NCBI GenBank assembly: GCA_023231475.1 | Contig: JALJEE010002015.1 | Location: forward strand, 1-47,936 | Reading direction: 5' to 3' | Length of the DNA: 47,936 nt | From: Seison nebaliae | Lineage: Eukaryota | Shown: one piece after another, positions 24,427-37,781 of the stretch | How the letters are laid out: every line of letters starts with the position of its first letter | Numbering within the stretch: the stretch's first letter is position 1 | Position numbers and translations under genes: made by a program | The notes under the pieces: model-generated | Told to the model about the DNA's origin: nothing | Database searches by the model: none | The model's input: the letters and a program-made list of their open reading frames with translations, nothing else

Positions 24427-26764
24427 TTTCCTCCAAAATAATTATGAAATAAATGTATTTTTCTAAATTGTGTTTCCGTTTTATAAACTTTTTATCGTAC
24501 CACCTTCATACATTTATTCGTTAGGAGAAATAGTCGTTTTTTCCTATACCTTCATCTACGTTTATTGTGTTTAGAAGAAAAGCAACATACTTTTTACTTA
24601 TTTTTTAAAGAGCATTTTCTTTGTTGGGAAGAACTGAAAACATGAATCATTTGTTTTAAATTATGACTTAAATTTTAGTTGTCTCATAAGACAACCTCTT
24701 TTGTTTATTGTCAGATTTTTAAATCAATAAAATCAATTTCCATACAGGTTAGTACATAAAATATAAAAATTGTACTTTACATATCAATTCTAATTTCCTA
24801 TGTACGGTTTCAAATCATGCTCTTATTGACTCAATATCAGAGAAAAGTTTAAGGTGAAAATAAAAATAATTATCCGCCTACTTATTATGATACACATTTA
24901 TTTCAATTATCAATAACAATAACAATAATAATAATAAAACTAATAAGTTTATTCTAAATAAAAATAAATGGATCACATAATTTATATTTATATCTTTATA
25001 CTTATCATTTGGTATTATTATGTATCATTCTTTTTCTTCGACAAAAACACTACCATGACAAAAGAACATAATTTGTATCTAATATTACACTTCAGTTTCA
25101 TTTCACAAGTTGTTAGTTTCACAGTTTCATTGTCAGTTAAAAATTATTGTTCAATCAACACAAACCTCATTGAATTGAAATAAACATTTTAAATTAGCAA
25201 TTACTTATTAAAAATGTTTTGGTTATTATGATTAATCTTTGGAGAGAATATTAGAAAAAAGAGTCACAAAGACATGATTAATATATACGATTATGTATTA
25301 TATGATTATATATATAATCATTGAAATATACTATTTCATTTTTTAAATGGATCAATCCTATATGAATGTTATAAAGTTATTTTCAACGGTTTCTTTCTCT
25401 CCGGTTCTTTTACTCAATAGTTCTTTTGTCCTAAACTCAAATAGTCACTTGTATAATATCACAACTAATATCACAATTTTTGTTGATTTTGTGTTATTTA
25501 ATTTAACTCATAGTGTTGTTCTTCTTATATGATGAATACATAGGAAAAAGATATAATATAATGTAAGTTTAAAGATAAAGAAGAATATTTTCTTGTTTTT
25601 TAAGAAACTGAAAAGTATATTAATTAAATTGAAAAATTAATTATTTATCATTAATTCTTTTATAAATTAATAATAATAATAAAAAATATCAAACCGGTTT
25701 CTCTCAGACTTTTGTCTTATTTGTTTCTTGTCCGTTCCTTCTTTGCGAGTGGTTCTTGTGTCATGATGATTCTGGACTCCACAGGATTTACATAAAAAAT
25801 GGATTACCCTTTAAATCAACTGAATGAGACACGTCTGTTGGAGAAAACTGTCGTTATCTATTGAAAGAATTATTTCAATTTCTTATAAATAAAAATCTTA
25901 AAAATTTGGTGAGATAAGAGACTTGGTACGATTTACTGGAATTGTCAATTGGTTGTCGATAAATCGAATAAAATATTGTTGATTACTCGATTTCATAGTT
26001 ATTTTCGTATAAGAAGAATCTTTGTTTACTTTGAAGACGTATTCTCTGTTCATTCCAATCAGTAATAGAATTGGGGATCTAGGCATATCTGTCTAGAGAT
26101 TGATCGAGTTTATCGGAATTGGCTATGTTTGTGATCCTCTGCTAACGACAGAGAGTCAATGAAGGAATTGAATATTTGACTTAGAGTAGATATTCGTAAG
26201 TGAGACAGTTACATCTCTCCCAATTCATTAGAATATAGTTCAAATGTTAATCAGTCAACATTCTCTCCTACTCTTCAGTCGAAAGTTGATGAGTTAAAGT
26301 GGATGAAGCAAATATAACGATTGGGTTCCCGTCTACTATTTTATCTACTGTTCTAATCACTAGAATTTGGAAGAGAATCGTGTTATTTTGTGTTGGGACA
26401 TGAACGACCAACATTATTAACAATTTTCAATATTGGATCCGATAATCCACTTACAACAATTCTTCAAGTGTCGGATATCATAATTATTGTGTCTGTTCTT
26501 TCCATAAGCGTTTCGTCGCTCATACAACTTATCAAGAATCCGTTTCTTCATCATTCGTTGTTTATCTATCACTTCTCTTTCGGATCAGTTCCATCTCTCT
26601 CTCTCTCTCTTCCACGTTCGACGGATCAACAACGTATTCAAATAAGACTTCCGACTTGACATTTAATGTTTCTACATTTTATCCTCCCACTCCATAATTA
26701 CATTTCCTTTCAGATTGTCATAAAACTTCTCCAATTAAATCACATCTTCTGACATTTTCATGAA

Positions 26765-29691
26765 ATGTCTAATTACTTCCATCTCCTTTTAATTTACTAC
26801 CTTTCCAACTTCTCGGCCACTCTGGCCAACGAGTACAAGATAGTTTGCTACTTCACTAACTGGGCGATCAAGGTTCAAATATTTTAAATCAAAAATATTT
26901 TTTTATAATTCCATAATTTCAGCGACCTGGTTTTGGTGGTATGACCCCAGAACAGATTGACCCTTGTCTCTGTACGCATTTAATATATGCTTTCGCTGAG
27001 ATGGAGGATGGTGTGTTAGCTCCAATGGAAGATTTCGATCAGAAAGATGGTAATTTCGAAGGCTTCTTCAAACGAATGAATAAATGGAAAAAAGTTAATC
27101 CAAAGCTTAAAACCTTGTTAGCGGTTGGAGGTTGGGCTATGGGCATGTCAGACTTTACAAAAATGGCTGCCGAAGGCGAAGAAGCGATGCAACGATTTGC
27201 TGATGATTCAGTGAAATATTTGAGGAAATATAATTTCGATGGTTTAGATTTAGATTTCGAATATCCTGGAATTGATTGGAGAGGTTCGCCTAAATCTGAT
27301 AAACAAGCATTTACTCAATTGTGTAAGATATTGTATAAGACTTATAAGAAAGAAGGAAAGAAAAGTGGAAAAGAAAGATTGTTATTAACGGTTGCAGTAG
27401 CCGGTGCAAAACCGACAATTGACAAGGCTTATGAAGTAGCAAAAATTTCAAAATATTTAGATTTCATTAATCTGATGACTTATGATTTACATGGTCCTTG
27501 GGATTCCAATGCTGGTCATCATTCAGCAATCTACAAGAAAGGAAAAGGAGACGAATATCTTTATATCGATTTCATCGTCAAATATTACATAAAGAAAGGA
27601 GCACCAAGAAATAAACTAATTTTGGGACTGGCCAACTACGGACGAAGTGACGCACCAGCTATGCCATATAGTGGTTTTAAAGGCGAAAGTGGATTTCTCA
27701 CATATTATGAAGTATGTTTAGTTATAGCTTGTGATGAATGGAAAGAATTTTGGAATAAGAAACAGAAGGTTCCATACGCTAAAGGAAAGGAAGGATGGCC
27801 ATGGGTCGGCTATGATAATGTTCGCTCTTTTAAAATTAAAACTAAATGGTTAATGGATCAGAAATTGGGAGGCGCGATGTTTTGGGCATTAGATCTTGAT
27901 GATTTCACTGGAGTATTTTGTTGCCAAGGTGCATTTCCTTTGATCCGAGCAGTAAAATCTGTTTTAACTGGCGACTCCTCAATCGCTCCAAAATCATCTG
28001 ATATGTGTTCGTCATGTCCAACGGAAGAATATTCGAAATTAAAGAAAAATCGAAAGAAAAGAGATGTCTTCGAAGTTTCTTTTGTCAATTCTTCTTGGTC
28101 ACATCTACGTCGCAACAAGCGAGATGATGTGGCTGCTGTTTGTGAAGAGAAGGGCGAAGGCTCTTGGCCCGATGACAAAGATTGTAAAGGGTTCAAATTT
28201 CAATAATATTTCATTCAATTTAATAAATTTCTTATTAGTTATTATTTGTGTCGATCAGTTGGAACTGATTGGGCGGAGATGAAACATGACCAATGTTATT
28301 TGGGATCATATTTCGATCCAGAAAGTAAACAAGTTAATTTTTCTTTATTCTAAAATTATTCTAAAATGAGAATTTATGCACATAAATTCGATTAGTGCAA
28401 ATACGTAGCACAAACGAATAATGACGGACAAAATTGGCAAACAACATCGACGATTGATTGTGAAGAATTAGGATTAACGAAGAAGAAGAAAAAGAAGAAT
28501 AAAAGAAAAAAGAAAAAGAAATCAGATGATGACGAAGACGATGAAGATGATTATTCCGATGACGATGACGATGATGAAATCTCAATGACAAGTGGATTTA
28601 CAAATGTAAAATTTGTTGAAGAAGTAAATGAGATGTTAGATCAATCGGGTAGTAAATTGAGAATGAATTATCTTGATATGGCACAATCAGCTTTAGATAA
28701 AAAAGTGAAAGTTGACATCGACGAACATCAACTAAGAACGACTTGTACGAATTCTTTCTTCAAATCATTCTCTCGTAAGAAGATATCGTCAAAACTCCAA
28801 TGTGGAAGTTGTCTGGATGATACGACGGATTCGAATTCCTGCGAACAAGGAGATAACGTTAATTCGATTCCGTGTGACAAACATTGCTACATAAGTCGAA
28901 TAGACAATTTAGATAAATCGGAAAAAATCGAATTTGCTCGTGGTTGTAGCGATATGAAAACGTTGTTGCCGTCTGCATCGAAAAGAATTAAGAAAATTTC
29001 AGCGAAGAAAACTTATTGTATGAAACAAAAAGACAAAGGTACTCGAACTTGTGTTCGATTGTGTGGAAAAAATTATTGTAACAATGAATTATCGCTATCA
29101 ATTAAATCATCAGCATCATCAATCCATCGATCGTCTTCTTCTCCATTCTCACTAACTGATCGTCATTCAACATTATGGCATACAGTTCGTATTTTGTCCC
29201 ATGTCCCAAAGAAGATCGTTGACACATTCTCATCATCCGATCATTATACTACAATGACAATGGATTTATTTTATATGCCAACCAACTTCTTACAAAACTA
29301 TCAAACACCATCTCATATACCTCCCAACAAACTTAATTCAACGATATCAAATACGGAATGGAAAGTGTCACAGGCTCAAAAAATTCTAGGGATGTTAGAA
29401 TCATTAATATCTGGGAATATTTTTGCTTCGAAATCATCATCAATAGAAGATGTTGTTCATACATCAACCTCAACGCATATGCCAACCGAAGATTATACAG
29501 AGTCATCTAATCTGGTTTCAATTAAACCAACGAAATACTTTTCGAAAGGAAACCAAAATTCTTTTAAATCAAATTTTGGGGAATCTCTTCGAAGTCTTCT
29601 ATCTCGACTTTCTAATGCGGGTATGCACTTTTACATCTCTCCTCAAACTCTCATTTTAGCTGTTACACTATCGTCATTTATTTTCAATTAA
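26765..29691 (+). CDS. GH18 chitinase fused to a CBM14 chitin-binding domain, a Ly6/uPAR (three-finger)-like domain and a probable GPI signal; 4 exons, ~921 aa
   Basis: Signal peptide, then [18 protein letters not shown]; intact [26 protein letters not shown]. Introns 26873-26922, 28191-28238 and 28333-28395 link the GH18 ORF in frame to CBM14 ([23 protein letters not shown]) and on to ORF 28585-29691. Confidence 0.9.
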
Positions 29692-30133
29692 CTTCTTCTA
29701 GATTACTCCTACAAATCTATTTCATAATAAAAACAATAAATATTCGGATTTTTTTATTTCCAATTTATGGGATACCAATTATTGGTATGTATGTTTTTCA
29801 AAAAATTATTACACGACATACCTTAGTATCCATAACTTTTTTTTTAAATTTCTGAAATTGGAAACATTAAAAGAATTAATAATAAATTGTATTAATCGTT
29901 CCAGAATGAAGTCCGTTTTCTATTCTTGTAAACCTGTAAATTTCCATGTTTAATAGTTTTTAGATATATAACGATCGAATTGTTTAAGGATGGAAAGGAA
30001 GTCTTATAAAACCATAGCTTTCAACTTCAAATTTTTCCATTACACAACAATCGTTATTTGATAAAGTTTTGATATTAACAAGGGAGGAATAACAAGAATA
30101 ATAGTATCATTGTAAGTAATAAAGGTGAAAAAA

Positions 30134-33100
30134 ATGAAGAAATTGGAAGGAGAAGTCATTAGGAGAATTACAACGGGACAAGTAATCCAAACGCTCTCTA
30201 ATGTTGTGAAAGAACTGATAGATAATTCTTTAGATGCTGGTGCCACATCCATCGGTTAATTGTTGTTCTATCTTTTCTCCAACTACTAATAATTCCAATT
30301 CCAGAAGTGAAATTAGTAAATTATGGAATTGACTGTATCGTGGTAAGTGATAATGGAAGTGGAATTTCATATGAAAATTTGAAATATTTAGGTTGAATTT
30401 TCTTCAATTCTTTGAATTGGTTTTGATGGTTGAATTTTTGATGCGATGGAAACAGGTCAGAAAAGTTACACAACAAAAATTGAATCGTTTGAAGATATCG
30501 AAGAATTGAACACATTCGGATTTCGAGGTGAAGCGTTAAATGCTTTGGCAACGATCAGGTATTCTTCTCATCTTCATCATATGAATTTCATAAGAATAAT
30601 GACAGTAAACTGACAATAATTACGAGATGGAAAAAGAGTGATAAGAGAACGGGATTCAAATGTGAAGTAAATGGAAGGAAAGAAAATGAGAATATTACGG
30701 GAATCTCTCGAAATGTTAAAACTTTAAATTCTTTTTTTTGAATATTCTCATAAACTTCTTCGAAGATTGGAACGACTGTTCAAGTGAAAGAAATCTTTTA
30801 TAATCTTCCGGTGAGACGAAAAGATTTGATGATTCACAAAAAACGAGAATTTAGTCGACTTGTTCAATTATTATATTCGACATGTTTCCAAATTTCATTC
30901 TGTTCTGATTCATCATCCTCCTCAATTATTCGTCTCAATGTGAACAATCATTTATCGACATCATCCAATTCCATTCTGAATGTTGATATTAAACGATTAT
31001 CAACTTTATCGTTAACGAATGAAGAAAGAATGAAACATATCGAAGATAATTTCCGAAAGATCTTCAAATCAAATAAATCGATGATTCATTTCAAATTGAT
31101 CGATCGTTATTGTTCACATTGCTTCAAGAACGTAGAGGAGAGAGAGAGTCATCCGTTCAATTTCTATGGAATCATCTCATCAATCGAACCAGGATGTGGG
31201 GAGAAATCAACACAACATCAATATCTTTATATCAATGGACGTCCAACAAATCAATTGATCATTCAGAATTTAATTCAGACAATTTATCGACAAGCTAACG
31301 TTTATCAACATCCAATTTTCATTGTTAATATAATTGTAGAGAATTTGAAGTATTTGGATTTGAATGTATCAAGTGACAAACGATTAATTTATGTGAATGA
31401 TGAAAGATATCTCTGTTCTCTCATTCGTCATTCATTATTGGAAACTTTCCAACGACATCCAGTACAACTTCCCACCAACAACCATGAAAGAAGAACAAAT
31501 TTAAATGACACAGTAAATTCTTCTTTTAATAATGACTCAACTTTGTTGGATATATCCCTAATAAATTCGAATTCAAAACGAACCATTTCTCCTCAATCAT
31601 CTAATTTAAGTAAAACTCATCAAGACAATGCTGGTAAGAAAACAGAAACTCATTCATTTTTCGACTTATCAAAATATCTCACTACTAAAGAAGAATCAAG
31701 AAAACGTCATTTACCGGAAAATGATTTGTCATTAACAAATAACGAGAATGAGAAAGTCAGAGTAAAAACAGAATTTCAATCTCCTTCTTTACATGAATCA
31801 TTCTCGCAAATAACGAACGTGTCATTAATTTCACCCGATCATGATCTACATCGATATGATCATTCGTCAAAACGATTCAAAGAATCCACGCCCGAAAATG
31901 TTTGTTCGAATCGAAAGATAAATTTTTTTCAAAAAGATGATTCCAACAAAACAATTCCGAAAGAAATTGAATCAGAAACTATGAAAACTGTTCCAAAATT
32001 TTCATCCGCCAATAATGTCAGTAAAAGTTTATTTAATAATTATCATTCAACTTCAGACGATCAAACAAAAAATAATTCAATTCCAATCGACTCTTCTGAA
32101 AAGGAGATAAATGAAAGAAATTTTCTTGAAAATGTTTTAGGAAATTCGAAGAAGAATTTTTCAAATTCTTTAACAGAAACAGATGTGTTTGGAGACAAGA
32201 CACCAAATAGTCAATCTCCTCCATCATCTTTTTCAGAGAATGGAGAGGAAATAAATGGAAAACCAAATGAAACATTTGTTAATATTAATGTCTCATATCT
32301 CGACACTGATAGTGAAACTCAATTTGAAACAATACTACGAAAAGCAGAAATTTTAAAAGTGAAAAATCCTCTCCGTCAAATGGAACGGCGGAAATTATTT
32401 GAAAAGAAACGAAAGAAACTTAGAAATCATTTGTTAGATGGTGGAAAGTGGATGTTATTAGGAAATGGTTATCATTTAACAGAGAAATCGATATTTAGAA
32501 AATTTAAAATTATCGGTCAATTCAACAAAGGGTTCATCATCACACAATATTTCCATCAACTTTACATTGTAGATCAACATGCAAGTGATGAGATTGCCAG
32601 ATTCGAATATATGATGAATTCTTGTATGAAAAACATCGACAATCTTTCACAACCGGACAATAATAAAAAGAAGAAATTATGGCGAGAAATGAAAAAAGAA
32701 TTGAATCATCATATAGGTATGTATCGAAGTGACTTCTCATCGATAACTCCTTCCGTCACCATACAAATGTTGTTGAAACCGATGAAAATTGAAGTGGAGT
32801 CATCTATCCAGAAAACGGTATTGATGGAATATCGTCATCTTTTTGAAGAATTGGGATGTGGATTCGATGAAATAACTACCAAAACAGGAAACAAATGTCT
32901 CTATTTAGTTTCCATTCCGACAGTGGATAATATTTGGAAAATGGAACATGTTGATATTATCGATCTCCTTCAACAATTGTGTGAAATCTTCAATCCATCA
33001 ACTTTCAACGACAATAATAGTCTCGTTTCGTTCGATAATAGGAAGACGCAGAATCAATCAATTTATTCAAATAACAAATCTCAAATTTTGAACGAATCAA

Positions 33101-33552
33101 TTCTCTCTGATAATTCGTTTTCATTCAATTCTATTCCCATAGCTAATTCGACAATAAAAGAAGATAATGACCATCTCTTATCATATCTCGAGCACAGTAG
33201 CGACGATAAAGAGGAGAAGGTTCGGAAATTAATTCGACTTAGACCGAATCGACTTCGATCGGCACTAGCATCAAAATCATGTCGGACAGCTATTATGGTG
33301 GGTGATGTGTTGTCGTTGAAGAAGCAGATGTCAATCGTTTCGCATCTCGCCGATATGATGCGTCCATGGGTTAATTGTCTTCTTATTATGTTTCTTTTTT
33401 CGTCTCTTAAATGTTTATGGATGAGGAAAACTAATCTAATTTGTTCATGGAAAATTTAATTTGAAATTTGATGCATTTTCTATTTATGACAGAATTGTCC
33501 ACATGGTCGGCCGACTTATCAGCATTTATATTCGTTGGAACATTCCCATTGA
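30134..33552 (+). CDS. PMS2: Mismatch repair endonuclease PMS2 (MutL family), 6 exons
   Basis: Motifs ITTGQVI, VKELIDNSLDAGAT, DNGSGI, TFGFRGEAL, GTTV, DLNVSSDKR, GQFNKGFI, DQHASDEIARFE, SCRTAIMVG and PW|NCPHGRPT. Introns 30255-30304, 30392-30455, 30559-30605, 30715-30765 and 33370-33492. Confidence 0.95.
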
Positions 33553-34235
33553 TCATCACATTACCGAGAGAATCGATTGTTTCTTTTTTTCATTTCATAA
33601 ACATTTCATTTCATTTATTAAATTAAACCGATCCTCCTTTTTCAAAAGAGAGAGAAACGTCTTGATGGAATTGAATATGAGAAATGGAAAAAGAGTCGAG
33701 ACTGGATAGCAGAGCACTTAGTGGATGGGAATCTTCTCATAATATTGGATGCTCATCCATTTTCTTGTTATTCAAATATGAATATTTGCATAAAATTATT
33801 CATTGGACCAATATATTGGACGATAAAAGCCAGTCTCTCTGTTACGAAATTTCTCTCCTTCACTCGAACATTTTCGAGAATTGACGAGTTCAATCCTTAA
33901 TAGATTTACTTCATCCGGTTCCTTCTCTCATTCGACATGGGTAGGAGGAGGTGCTATTTCACCCCTCTTGCTTCATGACAAACGAAATTAAACTTCTTCT
34001 TATTCAAATATGTCTCTCCATCATAAATTTCCATAGGAGACGACTGTCGATGGAAATTATCGTTCTCATTCATCCAAATTTCTAATGATTCTCATTATTA
34101 TGTCTATCCTTCTCCAGAAATAATATCGAATCCCAAAGTTTATTTTTGATAAGAGAAGTTTGTTTTGAGGAAAATAAAATTTTCTGTTTGCTCTTTAACA
34201 AAATCCTGTCAAGAATTCATTTTTCCAAATTGATC

Positions 34236-34626
34236 ATGATAAATATGAACTTGTTGTGCACTTCTCTAATCGTCTTACTCTCACTCATCTCACATATAAG
34301 CGGCGCTGCATTCAACGAATGTGCTCATATACAACGTCTCGAAAGGGAATTGGAGAATTCTCTCGTCACTGATGGACCACAACTTCGGTTCGATCCAAAT
34401 CAAGTTAAACTGAAATATTTACGAATTCTCAAACATGCCATATGTGGAACACATAAACGGAAATGTTAATATTTCTCTTATTATCTTCCAATTTTGATTC
34501 CTCATTTCAGTTGGTATGGATGTCACTCCATGGATCGTCAGTGCCATGTATCCGGGAGCTGATTCGATTATCGAACAATTGAGATATCTTCAAGGATCGA
34601 AGAGAGCATTTTTTTATAACAAATGA
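34236..34626 (+). CDS. Small secreted prohormone/neuropeptide-precursor-like protein (114 aa, 2 exons)
   Basis: Signal peptide MINMNLLCTSLIVLLSLISHISG. Intron 34465-34510 (phase 1) gives ...CGTH-KR-KFGMDVTPWIVSAMYPGADSIIEQLRYLQGS-KR-AFFYNK*. Confidence 0.65.
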
Positions 34627-35385
34627 AAATAGGATGCGACATCTTTCTAACGAACCTGAATCAACAAATCAATCTTATCTTCTCGCTTTCTCATTTAAAC
34701 CATTCGTAATAATTGACAGAACTCTTATTATGTCGAAGAAAAGAAAATCATTAAATATATTTCCTTGTGAATTACTCGTCTCTAATGAACATCTCATTCA
34801 TGAATATTTAACAAAACAATAAATGAATGAATAAAAAAAAAAGAATAAAAAATAGTTGACGAAGAAAACTGAAATTGGGACGAAAAACAAAAATAGATTC
34901 TGTTAAGAATTAGAGGAAAACATTTACATGAAAAGTGGATGTGTATTATGAGGAAGGAAAATTATTTTCTTCATTTTCTCCTCCCCCTCCCATCAAAGTA
35001 TCTGATAATCGTTCAAGAAATAGATTTACGCATAAAATAAATAACTGTAAAAAAATAGATTATGAAGTCATCATAAATAACTACAACTAGAAAAACGGCA
35101 AGATAATTCACGGAAATTCCATTTATCCTGAAAACGTTCCCATAAATTGTCGATGATGAATTCTTCCGATATCTGTGTGATGATTAAGTGAGAAGATACG
35201 ACGAATTCCATACACAATCCATAGAAAGAAAATGTTAAAAGTGAGTGATCATAAAAATCGATCATTCACATCGAGAGACGTGAGATGGAAATTGCTAAAA
35301 AATAATTCCGTACAATTAAATCAAAAACTGACCTCAAACGAGGATTTGGGTAATAAAATGGTAAAAAGGAGCAAAAAAAGAAAAA

Positions 35386-37360
35386 TCAATGAACTGATCG
35401 TTGTTTATTGGAGAGGATATCTTGTTTCTTTTCATGCCATCTCTTTGCACATGGAATGAATGAATGGATGACACCGGAAAAGATGATACAACCACCACCC
35501 AACCAAAATGACAAATTGTAATTTTCCGTCAAGTCGTAAATATAACCAGCTAATGGTGATCCGATCATTGAAATAATACCACGAAAGAGAGTGAGAAGAC
35601 CGAATGCGTTACTTAAATGTTCCACTCCCACCAACGATACGAGTAATGGTGATGAAACGGAAATATGTGGTGCAATGAAAAAACCATATGCACCGGCATA
35701 AATTGCAAGTCCCGTATATGTCGTAAACCATGGACAGAGAACGGTTGCGATACCAGATAAGAACAATCCGCCATTATTAACACGAAGAGGATTGAGGAAT
35801 GGTAATCCACAAAGGAATCCACCAATAAACCTGCCCAATGTATTCGTCACACCAATGATGGAAATGAGCATTGACGCTTTTTTGAAATCGATATCTAATT
35901 CTACTGCCCGATCAACGATGAAAACGTATGGTGTATAATATCCCACCATCGAGAATAGATTGCCAATATACATTAATAGAAGTGATGGATTTGACAACAA
36001 CCGGAAATTACACAGATCATTTAAGACACTTCGCATCATTGTCTTGAATTTCTGGAATGAAGAGAGACGACGTTCGACATGATCCTCTTCGAATTTATCT
36101 TCATTAACCAAAATTGGGTCGATATCGGTTTTCCTAATGTCGAGTGTGTCTCGTCTAAGAAAAAAATTAATTTAAAAAAATTTTTTAAAATTATTAAACA
36201 TATATGCTTCTATATCTCCGTTGTATTTCTTCATTTCTGACAATTGATCAATTGAACCTTGATAGAAAATATCTTTTCGGGCCAAAGGTCGTTTCGCTAC
36301 TTCTTCTGATATCAATCGATCTAAAGCAACTGATCTTGTTCGACTTCTTCTTTCTCCTTCATTACTCTTCCTAACTGTTATTTATATGAAAAATTAATTA
36401 GAATTCAAAAAAAAATATTAAACATATTTGAGAATTTGTTCTTAGAGGTTTCTCCCCTTCTTCTCCTCGAATTAAACTCATTGCATCATTATCTTCCTTC
36501 ACTTCTTCATCTGTCCATTTTAATTTCGTTTTTTTCTCCTCCTCTTCCAATTCTTTTTCTCGTAATCTAATTTCATCTTCAGTCGGTGGTTCCAATGGAC
36601 GATAGAGACAAGCCAATACGGCACATTGTAAAACGATTCCCGCCATCAAAATTTGTGCTCCCTTCCAACCGAATTCCGAAACGAGAATTTCGGTCAACGG
36701 AGCGAAAACAAAAGTTCCTAAAAAAATAAAAATTTTTAAATTTCCATACAAATATTTTTTTCTAACCAATACCAGAACCGGCCACTGCGAATCCAGTTGC
36801 CATTGCACGTTTCTTTTCGAAATAGAATCCAACGATAATGACGGATGGAATATAAACTAAGCCAAATCCAATTCCTACACAAATGAAGAATATGAGAATG
36901 TGTTGGAAAAAAAATCACCTCCGATAAATCCGTAAATGAGAGTGAGAATCGGAACATTTGGTGCCAATGTCGAAAAGAGAATAGCTAAAGTACCAATGAT
37001 CGTTCCAATCATCGCAACAATACGACATCCATATCGATTAGTTAATCCGGAAACCACCGGTCCCACCATCAGATACATTCCACAAGCCAGACTACCAATC
37101 ATAGAAACGGCGGCTTTCTTCGATTGGAAATAATCCGTCCAAACGACGAGAAATACTCCAAAAGCATACAACACTCCATCAATTATCAAATTTGTGAACT
37201 GGAAAGAAATTCATTTAAAATTTAAAAGATAAAAAAATGTAACAAAACTGGCAAAGCAAATCATCCATCCCCAACCGCCATCTGGTATGATTACTCCGAA
37301 TGGTTTGTCATAGATATTCACCACGTGTACATCTTTGTTCACATGTTTCTTATTTGTCAT
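35386..37360 (-). CDS. Monocarboxylate transporter (SLC16/MCT, MFS), invertebrate type with large central loop; 6 exons
   Basis: PDGGWGW, LTNRYGCR, YFEKKRAMATG, RPLARKDIFYQGS and LSNAFGLLTLFRG. Five frame-preserving introns (first at 37199-37243). Confidence 0.93.
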
Positions 37361-37758
37361 ATCTCATCAATTGGACGCAAGAGCTGGTGAATCAACTTCC
37401 AAAATGAGAATGAAACACTTTCTCAGAAAAATTGGAGTTATCTAAAAATAATTTCAATATTTTTTCACAATGTGATTTATATATCTGTATATATGTCAGA
37501 TAGAGAATCTTGGAAAAAAGAATTATTTCTTTATTTTGTCTCCTCTAAATCCTTTCGGATTTGATCTCGTTTTTTCCATTCCTATAACATTCAACCCAAG
37601 AATGGACAAACCATTGTCGTTCAAAAGAACAGCTCGGAGAAACATATTTTTTTTCCTTATCAGTTTCTAATAGGAAATTCCCTTCAAAAACTGAACTTTA
37701 TTCTATTCGACATTGAGAGAGGAATGTTAAATTGAGATCACTCTTTCAAAGATCGAAA

Positions 37759-37781
37759 AGAGAGAGAGAGAGAGAGAGAGG
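37759..37781. repeat. (GA)n microsatellite ~400 bp upstream of the MCT start codon
   Basis: Seen directly. Confidence 0.85.

Noticed and set aside
25695..26090. Exon-like minus-strand segments with plausible splice sites
   Set aside because: All three frames hit stops after the putative junction, so no coding model could be built.
4369..37133. Many short antisense or alternative-frame ORFs (e.g. 4369, 5413, 12065, 17464, 23276, 27858, 30040, 30321, 32033, 36936)
   Set aside because: They overlap well-supported genes and have no recognisable motifs, so they are shadow ORFs.
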